A stretch of 64,000 nt of DNA. Source: the human T2T-CHM13v2.0 reference genome, Homo sapiens. Position 1 is the first letter of the stretch. Each line of letters starts with the position of its first letter. Positions 26,711 through 42,509 of the stretch are shown here, piece by piece. The notes under the pieces were generated by a model. That model ran no database searches. It saw nothing but the letters and a program-made list of their open reading frames with translations, and was not told where the DNA came from. The position numbers were made by a program, and so were the translations under genes. The stretch lies in the NCBI RefSeq assembly GCF_009914755.1, contig NC_060925.1. One strand, 5' to 3'.

Positions 26711-27892
26711 TGCATGCCTTAGTAAATCTACCACCAAATATCTGGGTATATTTTATACATTTCTTGGGCAGCTCTGATATTATTCTTTCTTCAGACCACC
26801 ACAAATCCATCCCTGGCATTTAACATATCAATACAAAGATATTTATATTTTCTTGTCAATACCTTAGCATTATTTAGTATTATGTATACTTTGCCCATTT
26901 TTCATTCAGGAGATGTTTTAAATGGAAAACATATTAAGCTACCCCACATGCTTTCAATATAGTATATCTGTTATCAGCCTCTGTAGCCACTAGATGTCAA
27001 TACAATGTTTATCTGGAAGGTTTAATAAGGACTCATTAGTATCCTATTTAATGATTAAATAACGTACTCCCTTTGCAAGGCATTTTAATATTGAAGGGTT
27101 TCTGAGAATTTTATGATAATATTTATGGAATTTACTCCACTAACAGCTGAAATGCTTCACCTCATCCAGGCGTAAACAGTTGTTGAATAGAAACAGTTTT
27201 AAGCCTGAATCGAATTAAAATTGTGAAGAAAAATGTATATAGGCCGAATATAATTGCCCTGATTGACTTTCTGCAGGTACTTAACTTGTGGAAACAGCAA
27301 CGAGGTCTTTATTATTCAAAACTGGATAAGACCTAAATTTTATATTTCATTTTAAAGATAGTATCTTACCTTCTCATAGTTATGACAGTAATTCAGAGAG
27401 AAGAAATAACCTAGGATGTTTCTAAAATCATTTTCTTCAGTATATTGGCTATTTAATTAGTGATTTGATTAAATATAATTTAAAATGTTACCAAAAATCA
27501 GCTTTAGGAAGTTTGGGTTTTTACTCTTCAATCTCTAACCCTCAAATTACAGTAAATAACTTTTTCCTGAACATACCAATTCACTTCATTATTTTTTGAA
27601 GCACCATACCAGTACAGAGAAATGTAATTTAAATCTTTCCTTTGAAATTAGGGAGTCATAACTTACTTGAAAAATAGGCAGAAATTGACCTCAAAAACAA
27701 ACAAATAAAAATAAACAAAAAATATTGTCTTTATCTGGGGATGTTACTTTACTAGATGATTTTTTTCCCCCAGTTCCAGCTTTATGTGTTTGTTCTCTAG
27801 ATATTTATCATTGAACCTATCTGTTTATTTCAGCCAAATAAAGAATAAAAGAACTTGGAAAATCCACTAGCCTAAAAGAAATCTTGCATTTA

Positions 27893-28217
27893 GGCCGTGC
27901 ACCATGGCTCACACCTGTAATCCTAGCACTTTGCGAGGCCGAGGGCCGAGGCAGGCGGATTGCCTGAGCTGAGGAGTTGGAGACCAGCCTGGGCAACAGT
28001 GAAACCCTGTCTCTACTAAAATACAAAAAATTAGCCGGGGGTGGTGGCATACGCCTGTAATCCCAGCTACTCAGGAGTCTGAGGCAAGAGAATCTCTTGA
28101 ACCAGGGAGGTTGGGGGAGGTTGCAGTAAGCCAAGATCACACCACTTGCATTCCAGCCTGGGCGACAGAGCAAGACTCTGAAAAAAAAGGAAAGGAAAGG
28201 AAACGGAAAGGGAAAGG
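27893..28217 (+). mobile_element. AluS
   Basis: Full dimer with GGAAA-type tail; TSD AATCTTGCATTTA at 27880-27892 and 28218-28230. Confidence 0.93.
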
Positions 28218-28849
28218 AATCTTGCATTTAATCTCTAGTCTGTATATCTCTTGTTACATGCTCTAGTAAAATCCTATATTTCCAAACCCTTCCCTAAATG
28301 AAATGGCACCATAATGAAATTTTAGGATGAGAAATAAAATTTTAAGACAGCTTTAAGAATATTCTTTTTCTCTTTGCTTGCCTTTCCACATACATACTGC
28401 AAGTTGGTAACATTTTACATAAGATGATAATTTAACATAGTGAATGTTTTAGGAAGGAAGGGAATAAAAGGAGGGAAGGAGGAAGGAAACTGAGAGCAAA
28501 AGTGTCTGTTTGAGAACCCGTTCATTTCTTTCTCAACCACTTTATGGAAATTTTCTCCACAATTAGGACCCCAGTGCCTGTTATGTGAACTCAATGGATC
28601 AATGTAAGCAAATTAGAGATAGAGGGAGGGAGGAGAGAGGGAAAGAGAGAGAGCAGAAGGAGGATGAGGAGGAGGAGGTGATGATGGAGAGTGGGTGGGA
28701 GGGACAGAGGGGATGGTGTGATCGGCAAGAAAGGTTTGTGAAGGCTCAGTATGTTAAATTGACTTTTGCGATTGTCTCACAGTTTTGGCAGAGGTCGTGA
28801 GTAAGAATAAAAAGTAACTGTTATCCCACTTTCAAGGGAAAATTTATCC

Positions 28850-29152
28850 CTGCACTGTTCTGTATGGTAGGCCTTTGGCACAAGAGTCTATTGAGCACTT
28901 GAGATGTGGCTAGTGGAACTGAGATGTTCCAGAACTTATATACACACTGGATTTCAATAATGTAGTGTGAAAAAAATGTGAAATATCTGATTAATACTTG
29001 TTGCATGTTGAAATAATAAAATTGTAGATTAATCCAGTTAAACGTATTATTAAAATTAATTTCACCTGTTTCTTTGGACATTTTTAATGTGGCTACCAGA
29101 AAATTCAAAATAATATATGTGGCTTGCATTATATTTCTACTGAACTGCACCA
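28850..29152. mobile_element. MER33/MER3-like hAT-Charlie DNA transposon fossil
   Basis: TTGAGCACTTGAGATGTGGCTAGT and ATTAAAATTAATTTCACCTGTTTC...TTTTTAATGTGGCTAC motifs. Confidence 0.75.
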
Positions 29153-29804
29153 TTCAGAAGGGCTTTGCTAATAAATAGCAAAATGGTGCTTTAACCCTTA
29201 ACCTATCACCCGTCTCCAGGTTAATATTGTGAGACTAGCTGGAGAGTCAAGAATGCTTTGTGAAAGAAAACTATAGGCCTATCAAGGGTAGCGCTGCTGC
29301 ATCTTATTTCCACTGGGCAAGGGATGTGAGGTTTTTTTTTTTCCCACTTCAAGATAAACTTCAAAAGAGAACCATTTGTTTAGATGTAGATACAGAGCTG
29401 AAGAGGAGACTGACACCTCATACAACATGGATGTCCACATGGTTGCAAACACTCTTGGGAGGCTCTTTTCCTTGGTATGTGGAGTTGAGTGTCCACAGAG
29501 CTCTTAGAATCACTTGGCCTAGGCCTGTTGCAGTTGGAAAGACTCAGAAGCAGAAGTTAATGAGGAGAAGAAGAGGGAGAACAAGGAGATAGAAGGCAGA
29601 GAGCTCTTTCCCTCTCCCTATCACAGGTCTCCCAGTGTAGGCAAGCTTGAGCTGGAAAAGAGAAAGGAGCTTCGAATTGGATATGAAATGAACGTTTGAG
29701 TTTGGATAGAATGGGATTTTGTAATAGCTGAAATTGACACTGTTAATACATGAAAAATACTAGAAAACCTATGGAATATGCCTGAGTTTAGCGGCAGAAA
29801 AGAA

Positions 29805-29978
29805 TCATTATGTTTATTGTCTGTCTCCCCCATTAGAATTTAAGCTCCAAGAAGATAGGATTGTTGTATATCTTTTGTGTTGTTTTGTTTCCACTTCATA
29901 CTCTAATGAGCCTTAAATAGTACTTGGCCCATAGTGGGTGTACAATAAATATTGGTTAAATGGATGAATAGATGAATC
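29805..29978 (+). mobile_element. L2 LINE 3' end
   Basis: TGTCTGTCTCCCCCATTAGAATTTAAGCTCC...CAATAAATATTGGTTAAATGGATGAATAGATGAAT. Confidence 0.8.
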
Positions 29979-32659
29979 TGACATGATATGATTGAAGCAG
30001 TAGTTGGATGGGGAAAGATGCTTCCTGGTATGCCTACAGAGTCTAGCATGTTCAATAACCTGGACACTTGTGTTCAGAAAAGCAAGGTCCATGTCATTCA
30101 GTGAGCATGAAGTAGCTGGTACATAAGGGGAGGGATTGCTGGTCAGTTCAGCAAATGCAGTCCATTTTAGAAATTATAGAGTAGAGTCAAATCACTACAT
30201 GATGCTATACTATCAAGAACTCTTTTACATTTTCCTTGCCAATAGACTCATATTAAGGCTTGTGATGCTTAAAATATTTCCAGTGCTTTAGAGTTATTGA
30301 ACATTTTTCAGTCAGTAAGATCCTTATGAAATTTCTTCCATCATTCATGGCCAATTACCTTTGTTTTTTCAATTACTGGTCATTTTGTTTGAGATTGAGT
30401 TTTGAGTATGATGAATACTTTTCATCATTATTTTATGTAGATTCAAGTAACAGTGAGAAAGATCATAACTCTGGCAAAGATTTATGCTGCCACCAGTATA
30501 GTTCCTAACCTTTTCTAAGAAAACATTTTGATAGGTGGTATGTGACAACTGCGCTAGGAACCCAGGGCCTAAAAGCAGTCAGAGTCATCACAATTCGTTC
30601 CTTAGGCCCCCCAAGTCTTTAGCCTTCTATTTCCTTGGTTTCCTAGAGCTCATTGACATCAATTGTTGCACCTCAAAATCAACAATAAGGATAAAACACA
30701 ATGCTAAACATCTAGTTTTGTTTTTTTAAAGAAAACTTGTATCTAAACACTTTCTGAAAATGACACTCATGGGCATAAGTCATTACTGCCTTTCAAAATA
30801 TAGGATGGTGGTGATTATTTTATCTGAGTATGTGAACTTAGCTAAAAAGATGCATGCATAATCAGCTACTCCCCTGAGTACCATCTCAGTTTTTATTACT
30901 ATTGTTTACGTCTTGACAACTCTTCCTCTTTCTCTGCTGTCTGACATCTTTGCTCAAAGGTATCTACTAGCCTTTAGGTGACATAGGTGAGCTCTTTCTC
31001 AAAAGATTTTTAAAGCATTTATGCAGATTTTAGAATAATTTGTGAAAAAGAATTAGGAATACCTATTTTACTATGTTACAATTTGACCAATGTTAGCCTA
31101 AGATGTGCCGTCATTTGATGGATGAGGGAAAAAAAATGCTAAAACCTTTAATAATTTTGTAAATGGGTTCATCTTTCCTAAAGAGAAAAGCAATGATCTC
31201 TCATACTAAAAGGATTATTTGGGGGGAGGAGATGGACAGAGAAGTACAAAAGACAAGAAAAACTGTAAGTGATAAAGACTGGGACAAGTAGATGACAGAA
31301 AAGACACAAAGAGTAGGGATATCAAATTGCTGACAACTCAAGTGTCAACTTGGGTTAATAGTGCCCTTCCTGGAGGAGGATGTTCAGAAAAATTGTGAGG
31401 CTATTACAATCTGTGTAGGAAAGCTGTCATGAGTAGTTAGTTATCTCTGTCACGGGGGCAAGTAGCAGGAATAGGGCATAAGTGCCTTGTATTTCCATTT
31501 CTATGCCAGAAGGGAAAGTTCTCTGCTACAAGAAAACCAGTGAGTGTTCAGAGGAAGCAGTGCTTCCATAGGTGTCAGGGAATCCCAGCTACGTCAACAT
31601 TGAGGAACCTACGTCTGAATTTATATTTTCCACTGAAGAGAAAAGCCTTCACACTAGACACTTAAATATATGGGTAGGAAAAAAAGAAAGAAAGAGAAAG
31701 AGCATAAGTGACAGAGAGAGAAAGAAAAAGAAAAAAAGGAAAGAAAGGGAAAGCAAAAAAGAATGAAACAAGGAAGGAAGAAAGTACAATCTTTTGATTA
31801 GATCACATCCTTTAGGTCTCCACTATTATACCTTAAAATACTGAGAGAACTTGACAATATGATTGGTGAGGTAGTCTAAGTAAAGCTGCAAAAATATCTA
31901 AGTAAAGCAGCAAAAATTGTGAGGAGTAGGAAATGTATCAGAAACTGGGTATGAGCCAAATATTATCCTAGTGCTCAAGAAGAAGAGAAAAAGATGGATT
32001 ATATTTACCAAAGAAACAATGTCCCTTCTCCTTTCCAAAGTGAACACCTCCTCCACCTGTGCTTTTTCACCTCAAGCCCAGATCCTTCTTCTCTTCTCTT
32101 TCTACACAAATTTATTGAAACGTTGTGCCTGCTTACCTTCCATTTTCCTTCTCCCATTTTCCTGTCAATTCTTTTCAATGGATTCCATAGAAATCTCGCA
32201 AAGTTGCTATTTAAAGGATTCCTAAGTGTCCAATTTCTAGTACATCATTAAACATGTCCCATTACACCTTCTTTCAGATAACATTGTGCAGTTTAACCTG
32301 TGATATCCTGTGTTTTTTCTGCAGTCATTCTACCTTTTTCTCATTCTGGCTTCTCCTTCATTGACTATAGATATCCTCTCAGATTCTGTCCTCAGATTCG
32401 CCATTCCAAATGCTTATCTTAGAAATTTTATCAACATCCATCGATTAAACTGTATTTTTAAATCACCCACATTTACCTGCCTAGTCCAGGTACCCTAAAT
32501 ATTACTGGTTTTGCATTTCAGCTGCCCTGTGGAAATATCCATGGATGTCCCACACATAGCTCATTTCAACTTGCCCAAATAAAACTTATCCTCTCTGTTC
32601 ACAGAACTACTTTTCGTTCTGTTCCTCAGATTGGTTGACCATTGCCACTAACCCACCCT

Positions 32660-32880
32660 GGAACCAATACTATGTACCCACCATGCACTGTGCTATGGTT
32701 TACATGTGTCATATCACATAATAGGCACACCAGCCCTCCAAGATGGATTATTATACCCATTTTACAGATGAGGAAATGGAGACAATAAGAGGTTAAGTAA
32801 CTTGCCCAAAAGGCCACTAGGCTGATATATCGTAAAGCCAGAATTACTCCTAACACCTGACTATCCTGACAGCCAATAAT
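32660..32880 (-). mobile_element. MIR SINE
   Basis: ATTATTATACCCATTTTACAGATGAGGAAATGGAG...GAGGTTAAGTAACTTGCCCAA. Confidence 0.9.
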
Positions 32881-34739
32881 ATTTTCATGCCAACCTGAAG
32901 AAAACATGTATAAATAAATAAGGAAATGTGGATTCATTCTGTTTCTACAGAAAACAGGGCTGGAGCAGTGAAGAGAAATTACATGAATATAGATTTCTGT
33001 CAATTTATCAAATAACTTCTTAAGAGACACAGCAAAGAAACAAGTTTCCTGGCAAAGTGACGGCTTCCAACACAGGACAGTTGCAAAAGGATCTTTTGGA
33101 TAATGAGAAAATGTAGACTACACAGACTCCTAAAGTTCACAATATGCCCTGGCACTCCTGCAGTTTGTAGGATAGCTCTTCAGTAGTTAGTTTATTAATC
33201 CTGTAAAGAACAAAACAGATGCATGCAGCCATTTAGTAAATATACTGCATGTTAGAGAATCAATATATTTTTATATTAAACAGTCTAAAGTCATGAAAAC
33301 TTTGGTAACGAAAAGCTAGAATTTTAAATAAGAAGAAAGTGTTTTTTATTTTAGTGATTCAGCTGCTTCAGGTCGTGTTGTGTTCTCTGTTTTGAAAAGC
33401 AGCTACCACAGCTGCTGCAAACATTTTTGAATGATCCATCACTACGATGTCATTCTGGCTGCAGCGTCATCTTGTGTGGCTCAGGAAGGAAGAGGGGAGA
33501 AAAGTGTGAACGGAACAAATGGCACACTGTGTTCCAAAACTGAAGAGAGCACTTTTTGTATATTTGAGAGTAATTTTTTTGCATTGTTTATTTTTGGGGG
33601 TTTTCTTTAAACATACACTTTAATGTATTGTCTTTAAAAAAAAATACTGCTTTCAGAAAGAGTCTGTGCTCAACAGTTTGCATCCTGCGATAATTATTCC
33701 TTGGGGGAGTCGGTAAATAGGAGCAAGGGGCAGGAGGAGTCATTATCTCCAACTAAAACTACAGTGGGAACATCGGAGAGGTGAGGTATCAGATAAGAGA
33801 TGCAGGAATCCATGCTCGGTTCCTGTGGCCGTACAGGCTGGGCGATATGCCCAGGGCTCTAGATGATTCTGCAGAGGCCACTGGCAGGTGCCTACAATGA
33901 GACTCTGTTCATCCACTTTAATTAGCACCTCATCACTTTCAGTTTGGTGTCACCCAGCTGGCTACAGCTAGACGACACCTCCAGCTTGAACTGGGCTCCA
34001 TTCCATTTTCTTGGAGCTTATCGAGACATGTGGTGCTTGCTTTAAGTGCAGCTGGTGCTGGCACTTTCATTGTAAATTTAAATCTCTGTTTGGAAAAAGG
34101 TGATAAGAACAGTTTGTTTCAAGTCCCTGGTGTTTAAGCCTTAAGCAATTCCCAGCAAATACATTCAAGGCTCCTTCTGGTTTGATCGGCTACAATTTGT
34201 AGTCGTCTTATTAATAGTGGCAGTGTTCAGATTCTTCTTAATGCTATTCACATTAAGGAAGTCGCTACACTGCCTCACGATTTCTCTGTGGTTCAGAGTT
34301 TGTGCTGATTGCTTTTAGCATTTTTGGTGATGCTTGTTGATCAGTGTAAGTTATGAGAAAAATACTGGCATCTGCATGCATTTATTTGAGTTTTTTTTTT
34401 CTTGTTTCAATGGAACAAAAAATGAGATGCTTACTAGATGCATTCTGTTTCATTGCAGTTATTTCTCAATAACTCAGGGTGCTAATATCCAAGACTGCAC
34501 AGTGAGCTACAAGTGAAAGCTTAATGATCTTCTGTTTTTCCATACAGTTATTGCACCATCAGTATTTAACTCATTTCTTTATAAAACATCTTATTATATA
34601 TTGTGTTTGAAAGTATTGTGTAAAAATAATGTCTGTTAATGTATTTTGTAACCAATTTGTATATCTCTTGGTTTTTGTCCCCAAGATTGGCAAACTTGAT
34701 TAAAATATTTTTTTCTTTTTTAAAAAATTTCTTCTTATA

Positions 34740-35428
<689 letters not shown>

Positions 35429-36737
35429 TAACTCAAAATCACACTTTTATTAGTAACATTTTAAGTCAAAATGATACCTTAAGTTGCAACCGAAGTTTTA
35501 TGGACATTATCTAATATAGTTTTCATGAAAATTCTGATTTTTTGTAGGTAAGGAAACTTAATTTCAGACAAATTAAGTCATGGGCTGGTGTCACATAGCT
35601 GATGATAGAAGAGGGAGGTCTCAAGCCTAGTCTCTGTTATACAGCACAAGGCTGGAAACCAGCTAAAGATTCTTCAACCAGAATCTTCCTCCTAAGAAAC
35701 AAGAAACAAGGGCAACTAGGAGGCTTTAGGCATTCGTTTCCAGCATTATTACCATTTTCCTTGGCCTGGTGGATGAACTTTTCAGAGACTGGTTTTATCA
35801 TTTATAATAGACAAAATCATACTGAACTCATATGACTATTACTACAGCTAGATAAGGTAAAAAAGTCAAGTATTTAGCACAGTAAATAATAGTTACCTTC
35901 ATTTCTTCTTTATACCAAAAATATAGATGCCTAGTCTAGCATTACCAGATGAAACTGAAATATTCTTAGTTGGTCAGTTAAGAACTATATGATGTTTATT
36001 TTGACAGTTCGTCCTGAAGCAGAGTAATATTTCACATTATAAGTTTTAATTTCAGAACATATAGCATAAGCCCACCCTTTCTTTCTCCGTATAAGAAAGA
36101 TGGAAAATATTTTTTAAATTATACAAGATATAGCTGACCATATTGGGGAAAGGAAGTATACATTTTAAAAATTTACTGATTTATAGTCATAATAGACAAA
36201 TATTTATTTTCATATGAGCTAGCATTCACTTATATAACGACTAAGTGGTTTTTGAAAACTCATTGTATCCTAACAATGAGTTATCTGATGTCTAGTTTTC
36301 ATTAAACCTGTTTTCCAGATAAGGAAACTGAAGTGCAAAAAGGCAAGGTCATCTAGTACAGGAATTTACCCCACTCAGCACCCACATTCAACCATATACG
36401 CTGTGTTAAAATAATTTGAATATTACTTGTTGTGACAATTTTATCAACTTAAATCTTACAGTTATGAAGAAATTCTCCTGAACGTCTGTATCCTTAGAGG
36501 GTTAGATCATAAGTATATTTCAGCATTTATGTCATTTATTTGTTAAAATTAGTCGTTATCAATAAAACTACTCATTGGAGTTGAAAATAAATACAAATTA
36601 AAGAAATTTAATTTGAACATTGGATAACAATAAAAATTGTTGTTCAGTGTTTTTCCATGATTTCCATCAGTGTCTAGTAACAATCCTTTTAAACATAATA
36701 AAAATAACCATAGATGCTAGAAATTGTTTGTGAAAGT

Positions 36738-37004
36738 AATGGAGGAGCTAATTGAGATTTCTAAACTAAGAAGCCCCATAAACTATCAATAAGGAGATAA
36801 TTCCGCAAAATTTAACTTTAGAAACAAGGCTTTCCCGGTCAAATTCACTCAGATGTAAAATCACATGGGGAATGTTTCCCCCACTTGGGTTATGCATTGA
36901 TTCCAGAAAGACAGAAAGAAATTAGAAGGATGCAATAATCAACATTCTGTTTAGGACTGTAGTCATCCATCTGAGGTTGTTTCTCCTGTCCCTTGTAAGA
37001 TTGC
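36738..37004 (-). repeat. Right arm of the ~270-bp inverted repeat
   Basis: e.g. CTGTAGTCATCCATCTGAGGTTGTTT vs left AAACAACCTCAAATGGATGACTACAG; CTCAGATGTAAAATCACATGGG vs left CCCATGTGATTTTACATCTGAG. Confidence 0.93.
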
Positions 37005-40000
37005 AGGGATGAGATGTGGCCCTCGGCGCAGAAGCTCCCAGGCAGGTGGGCAACTGCCTGGGGCAGGACCAGCTTCAGCTGTGAGCCTTGCTCTCCCTGA
37101 TTTGGGGGAAGACCAAAAGTCGTGTTTCGTTAATCTGGGTAACCTCATTTTCATCTCATTTAACTAGTCTAAGTTAATTGAACTACCTGCTGAGATCTCT
37201 GGCACATAGCTAAATAAGGTGAAATGAGGTTACAATGTTCCCTAACCCACTTTTGGCCCCATTTACTGTATAGGCTGGTTTTCAAAGAGGGTCAGAAAAC
37301 ACTTTGAAAATGGCAGATTACATCCTACTGCTTTGTAGCTACACCTATGTCAATTCCTTGTCATCCTGCTCCTTAACTTCACCTCTCCTTAAATATGTAG
37401 CCCTTCCCTGTTTCTTTGCCTCCATCTCACACAGATCCACTTCTCATTTTTTCAAGTCAGTTACCAACATAACATATCCTTAGACCCTTCCCACCCATAT
37501 CTATGTACTCTATTGACGTTTCTGACACATTGTGTCCACAACTGCTCTCTATGGCTCTTTGTCTCCCAACAGATCTCACTAAACTCTCTTTTAGTCTGAA
37601 CAGACTATGTGTACCCAAGGTTAAAAGTTGCCTTGAAAAATAAAAATTCAACCCACCAACTGCTTAGACTCTTTTAAAACACCAGTTTGAGAATTTAACA
37701 CTGCTATGATTGCATTCATTAATTATTTGGGCTTTAGTAGAAACTGATATTAGTTATTTCTGACATAGAGAACAAAATATAGTTTGCGGCCAAAAAAACA
37801 GAAAGTTTGAATAAAGCACCGTATGTTTCTGCATTGTTTTCTCTTGCAAAAGTCCTAATGGAGGATTCATTTCAGTGATTCATTGTGTCCTTAAAAATGT
37901 AATTTTTCTTTTGCCATCCAAGTAATACGTGTTTATTATAGAACAACTTAAAAAAAATTATCTTTGCTCTTGTCCTAAACCCACACATATAATTTATTAT
38001 TTTAAAATAAGGCGAATAGCTATTGATACTTAATTTTGCCTGTGCAAATCTGAGTTTAAAGCCAAAATGCCTGAATTAGTGATGTATACTAATTGCCATA
38101 AATATCTTGTAAGAACTCACTGAGTATTTTACTTTTAACCTGCGTTTCCATCGCTATCAGTGTTTCATTCTAGATAGTAGTAATTATAAAACCATTAAAT
38201 GTATTGCAGCATAAAAACATCTTTATGTTTGTAAACACAGGAGATATTAGATAGGGTTCCATTTGTAAATGTAAGATAATTTCTTCCTATAGGTTATCAT
38301 TCTGTCTTATACCTTCATTAAAACAGTATCTATCCTTACATTTTACATTATATATATGTTTTATATATTGAATTATACATATATTTTATACATTATATTT
38401 ATATTAGCTATATCCTTATATTTTACAGTGAGCACACAGAAACATCCTGTACACCACACTAATTTTATTTAGAATGTTCACTTTCTCTTCCATGACTACT
38501 CTTACTCTCTCTAATCTATTTATGTATGAATATACTCAAGTTTATGGAGCTATTTTTTTATTTAATTTGTTCCTAAACATGCTATAGAAAGTTGACAACT
38601 GCGTGATATTAAGAAAGAATAGTCACCCTCAGAACCCAGACTCACCAATAGAAGAACTCTTCATTAGCTGTTTTATGAAACTGAAACCCAAACCTAATCT
38701 GAATGTTGTAGGATTGTTTCTCAAACTGTATCTGTTTTATAGCTTCTAATGGACACTTTTTTAAAGTTCCAGTTTTAGAGTGACAAGTGCCTTTTATATG
38801 AGTCTTACTTAAGCCATTTAAAACAAAAACCACGGCTGTTATAGCCTAAGAAGATAAGAGAGATGAACTAGTCAAGGTGAAGAAAATGAAGCAATCAAGA
38901 TGAATGCTCAAGCACCTTCGTGCATTTAGCAACATAGAAGTATATTGACAAATAATGGAATATTCCTGTTCCTGGATTAAATAAGAAAAAGAGAGCAGAA
39001 CAAGGTATAGATGAGCTAATTCTTATCTGATAAATAGCTACTTCTATTTCAAGTAATTCATTATTTTAATAATAACACTACATAAAACCCAAAACTGCAT
39101 AGGAATATATATTTCCCCCAGAAGCAATTAAAAATGATTCAACAATGTACAAACAGAATCAAGAATCCGGGCATGGCGAAAGTCTTCACAATTCCAAATA
39201 CTGCTAGTTATAGCATGATTAGATTATAAAAATGGGAGAGATGTTAACCAGGTTATTCCTTACATTGGATGTGACTCTGTGTTTGAGCTTAAACAAGGTG
39301 TTTTCAAGCATGTTTCCTTTCATAAAACTTTTAATAGACATGTGGAAATGGAAGACATATGTTTAACAATTATAACATAAGCTCACTCGAAAGTCTCCTG
39401 AATAAGACTGAACATTCCCTAAATCATGGTGTCTGACTTTCAAAAGACTAAATCAAATCTTCAAATGAAAACAATTGTGATGCAGTTAATTAAAACAACT
39501 TTGTGGCTATGTTTGATCATTTTTAAAGGGTGTACATTTCTAAATGGCATAGGTTTTCATGTTTTAAACTGTGTAAGTCTTCATTATAAAGAGACCAGCT
39601 CCCATCACCAGATGTACATATACCTTCTGGGGGCTACTTATACACACAAAATGTGAGTGAATAAATCCCTTTTGGTCTTGCTTTTATAAATCAAAATTTA
39701 AGAATGAAATTCAAACATTAATTGATCAAAATCCCACAATGAATAAAAAACAAATATGTCTCTATTTCCTTATTAATTCTAATTGTTTAAAGAGTACATT
39801 CTTAAATCTGAATCTCCTTTCTAGTTCCAACAACTAGTCGGACTACAGAGGAACAAAGCAGCTTGCCCATGTCAACAGATCATTTTATTTGGGCTCCAGG
39901 TTTCTGAATGAACCTCAACACAGACCCTTGTAGACATCTGAACTCCATAAATCCACAGGTGTTTAAGTAGCCCTGAAGGCTGGGTCAGATAGCAGACTTG

Positions 40001-42509
40001 TTCCACTATGACTTTACAAGGATTTCGTACTGTGTAAACAACACTTGGAAGGATTTCTCTTTACTGCTGAGTAAAACCAGTAGCAGAAAGGGCCACTTTT
40101 AGTTTCCTTCCCTAAACTATGATGTGGTTCAATTTTATTATTTCAGTTATGAGCTGTGTATATTAGGTTATCTTGTACACAGTGTAGGCAGCATTTTAGT
40201 CCTTTGTTCATGAACAGGACAACTTGGCACAAAGCAAGGTCTCTTAAATGGAAAAAAAATCATCGTCTTAGAAGGGCATTCTATTACAATGATTTTCTGT
40301 CTTGTACTGTACTAAGAAAATGTTGAAATATCTAAATATCATTTATTTGTTCCATTGATACTGGAGGATTTACATACCTCAGGTACCCTTCCCATAAAAA
40401 AAATTTGCATGAAGTTAGTATAAGCAAATGAGAGATTCTACCCATAAGGTGTTTACAAAATCCAGTTTTGTTTTCATTTTGCTTCTTTTGCTTTGTTTTG
40501 GTAATTGAGTCAGAAACCAGATTCAAAGGGCAAATTCAGAGGAAAAACTAAAAGTTTCATCCAATGATAAATATACAGTATGCTTTGAATGCTATGACAA
40601 ACTGCAATATTCAAATGTCTCAAAGTAGAACATTAGTTCAGCTTAGACTTGGAAATTAGGTCTAAAGAAGAAAAGCAAGGAATTGAAAAGAAAAAATATG
40701 TGTTTGAAAAGCACAAAAAAAAAAAAAAGTTTACCTGTCTGAGTGGTGTGTAGTAATCAGAAACAGGGAAAAGAAATAAAAATCATTAGGGAATTTTCAA
40801 GATCAGAAAAATTCAGAGGGAAAAATGTAGGGGTCTATAAGAGAAGATCCCCTGCAAATGAATAATTAACTCCAATAAAAAGCCTAGAGTCTCCATGTTG
40901 CCCCTGTTTTAAGATTTTGAGTGATTTTTTGAACATGTTTATGATAAAAGTTTTCTGTCACATATTATAATTGTATACTTTGAAGTGTATCTGATATTAA
41001 AGCAGAATAAAAATATGAACAGCAAAATATTTCTTTGTATATATAAATGGTATTTCATATATGAATGGTATTTCTGTGCCTTGGTTTAATATACAATACT
41101 TTATTTCTTAAAAGATGTTTCTAGAATGCCTCAAGAACAATGAACCTAAGTCTCCGTAGTGAAATAATCAGTGCCTAGACAGTATTGCTGTAGGGTGCAC
41201 ACAGGTACCAAAGAGCCTTGTGACCTTTCTGCATTAGGAAGGCTGCTAAGAAACACTGACCCTGCTTATAAGATAAATAAACAAACATTTAGAAAAGAGA
41301 GAGCCAGATCCACTCAAGTAAACATTGATTAGCAGTGCAGTCTGATTCACCTATCAATGAATCATGTATAAATGATGAATCAAGTGAAGGACTGAGGATC
41401 AAAGACCATCAGCACAGAAAACTAAAGACTCGGACTTAACCTCCACAAGATCAGACATCTACTGAGCTAACACCTCTGCCCTACATATAGCACTCTCCTC
41501 ATGCTTTGTGTGCACTTACAACTTCAAAAGTTTTTTTTATTACCTTCTATGGACAAGCCACTGTGCTAATATTCTTGTAAAATCATGCTTAAATATTTCT
41601 TTTGAATATCCACAAAAGGAAGGGATTGTAATTTGTAAGAGGAGTTTGGTTTTCAAAACAAGCAAGAATTATTTGCCGCTTGGTTTAGCAAATCAGATGA
41701 GTAAATATGCCAGACAATGCATGTGTGGTCAAAACCCCTATGTGCACATTTTTCTCTCTGGTCTTTGCTGTATTTCATAGACATCATCTGTTTACAAGAC
41801 CGATATTCCCACTCGACTATAAGCTCCTCAAGGTCAGGAACCAAGCTATTTTCATCTTTCTATTTTGACTCCTAGCACATTGCCCACTGCTTGGAAAGAG
41901 TCACTGTTTTTGTGTGATTCCTAAATTGTCTCTGAAGGCAATCCAAAAGAGAATAGCAAAGCATTGACATCTTTGTACTAACTACTTTGGGAAAAAAATA
42001 TACACATACTGAGATTTTAAAAGCTAAATCTAAATACTTACAGGCCAATGCAGAATATCTACTACATGTTGATAAAACTTGAAAAAAAACAACTGTATAG
42101 TACTATTAGGTAGATGGGAATTATTTAAAATGAGTATTAAATTATACATCATTATTTCTGTTTTACTCCCAGAGTGAAACTGTGGATTCTGAATTTGTCC
42201 CTTGCCTTCAAAGTTAGAAAAATCTTCCACCATGACCTTTGTTCATTTGAACAGCACATGAAAATGTATTTCTCATGCTTTGGACATATAAGTTAGAAAA
42301 CCTACCTCAAGTTTGACAGGTTTCCAAATGATTATTTTCATTTTTAATTCTAATTTGTGATTGATTCATCAGGTAAAAAAATAAACAAAGTGCATACCTT
42401 TTTGAAAGTATCTAAGACTTTACAAATGTAGCAGGAAGTGATGAGACTACCAGATGGAAGTAATGAGCAGGCTACTTGTATGAATTTAAAACAAAGAAAT
42501 ATAAAAGTG

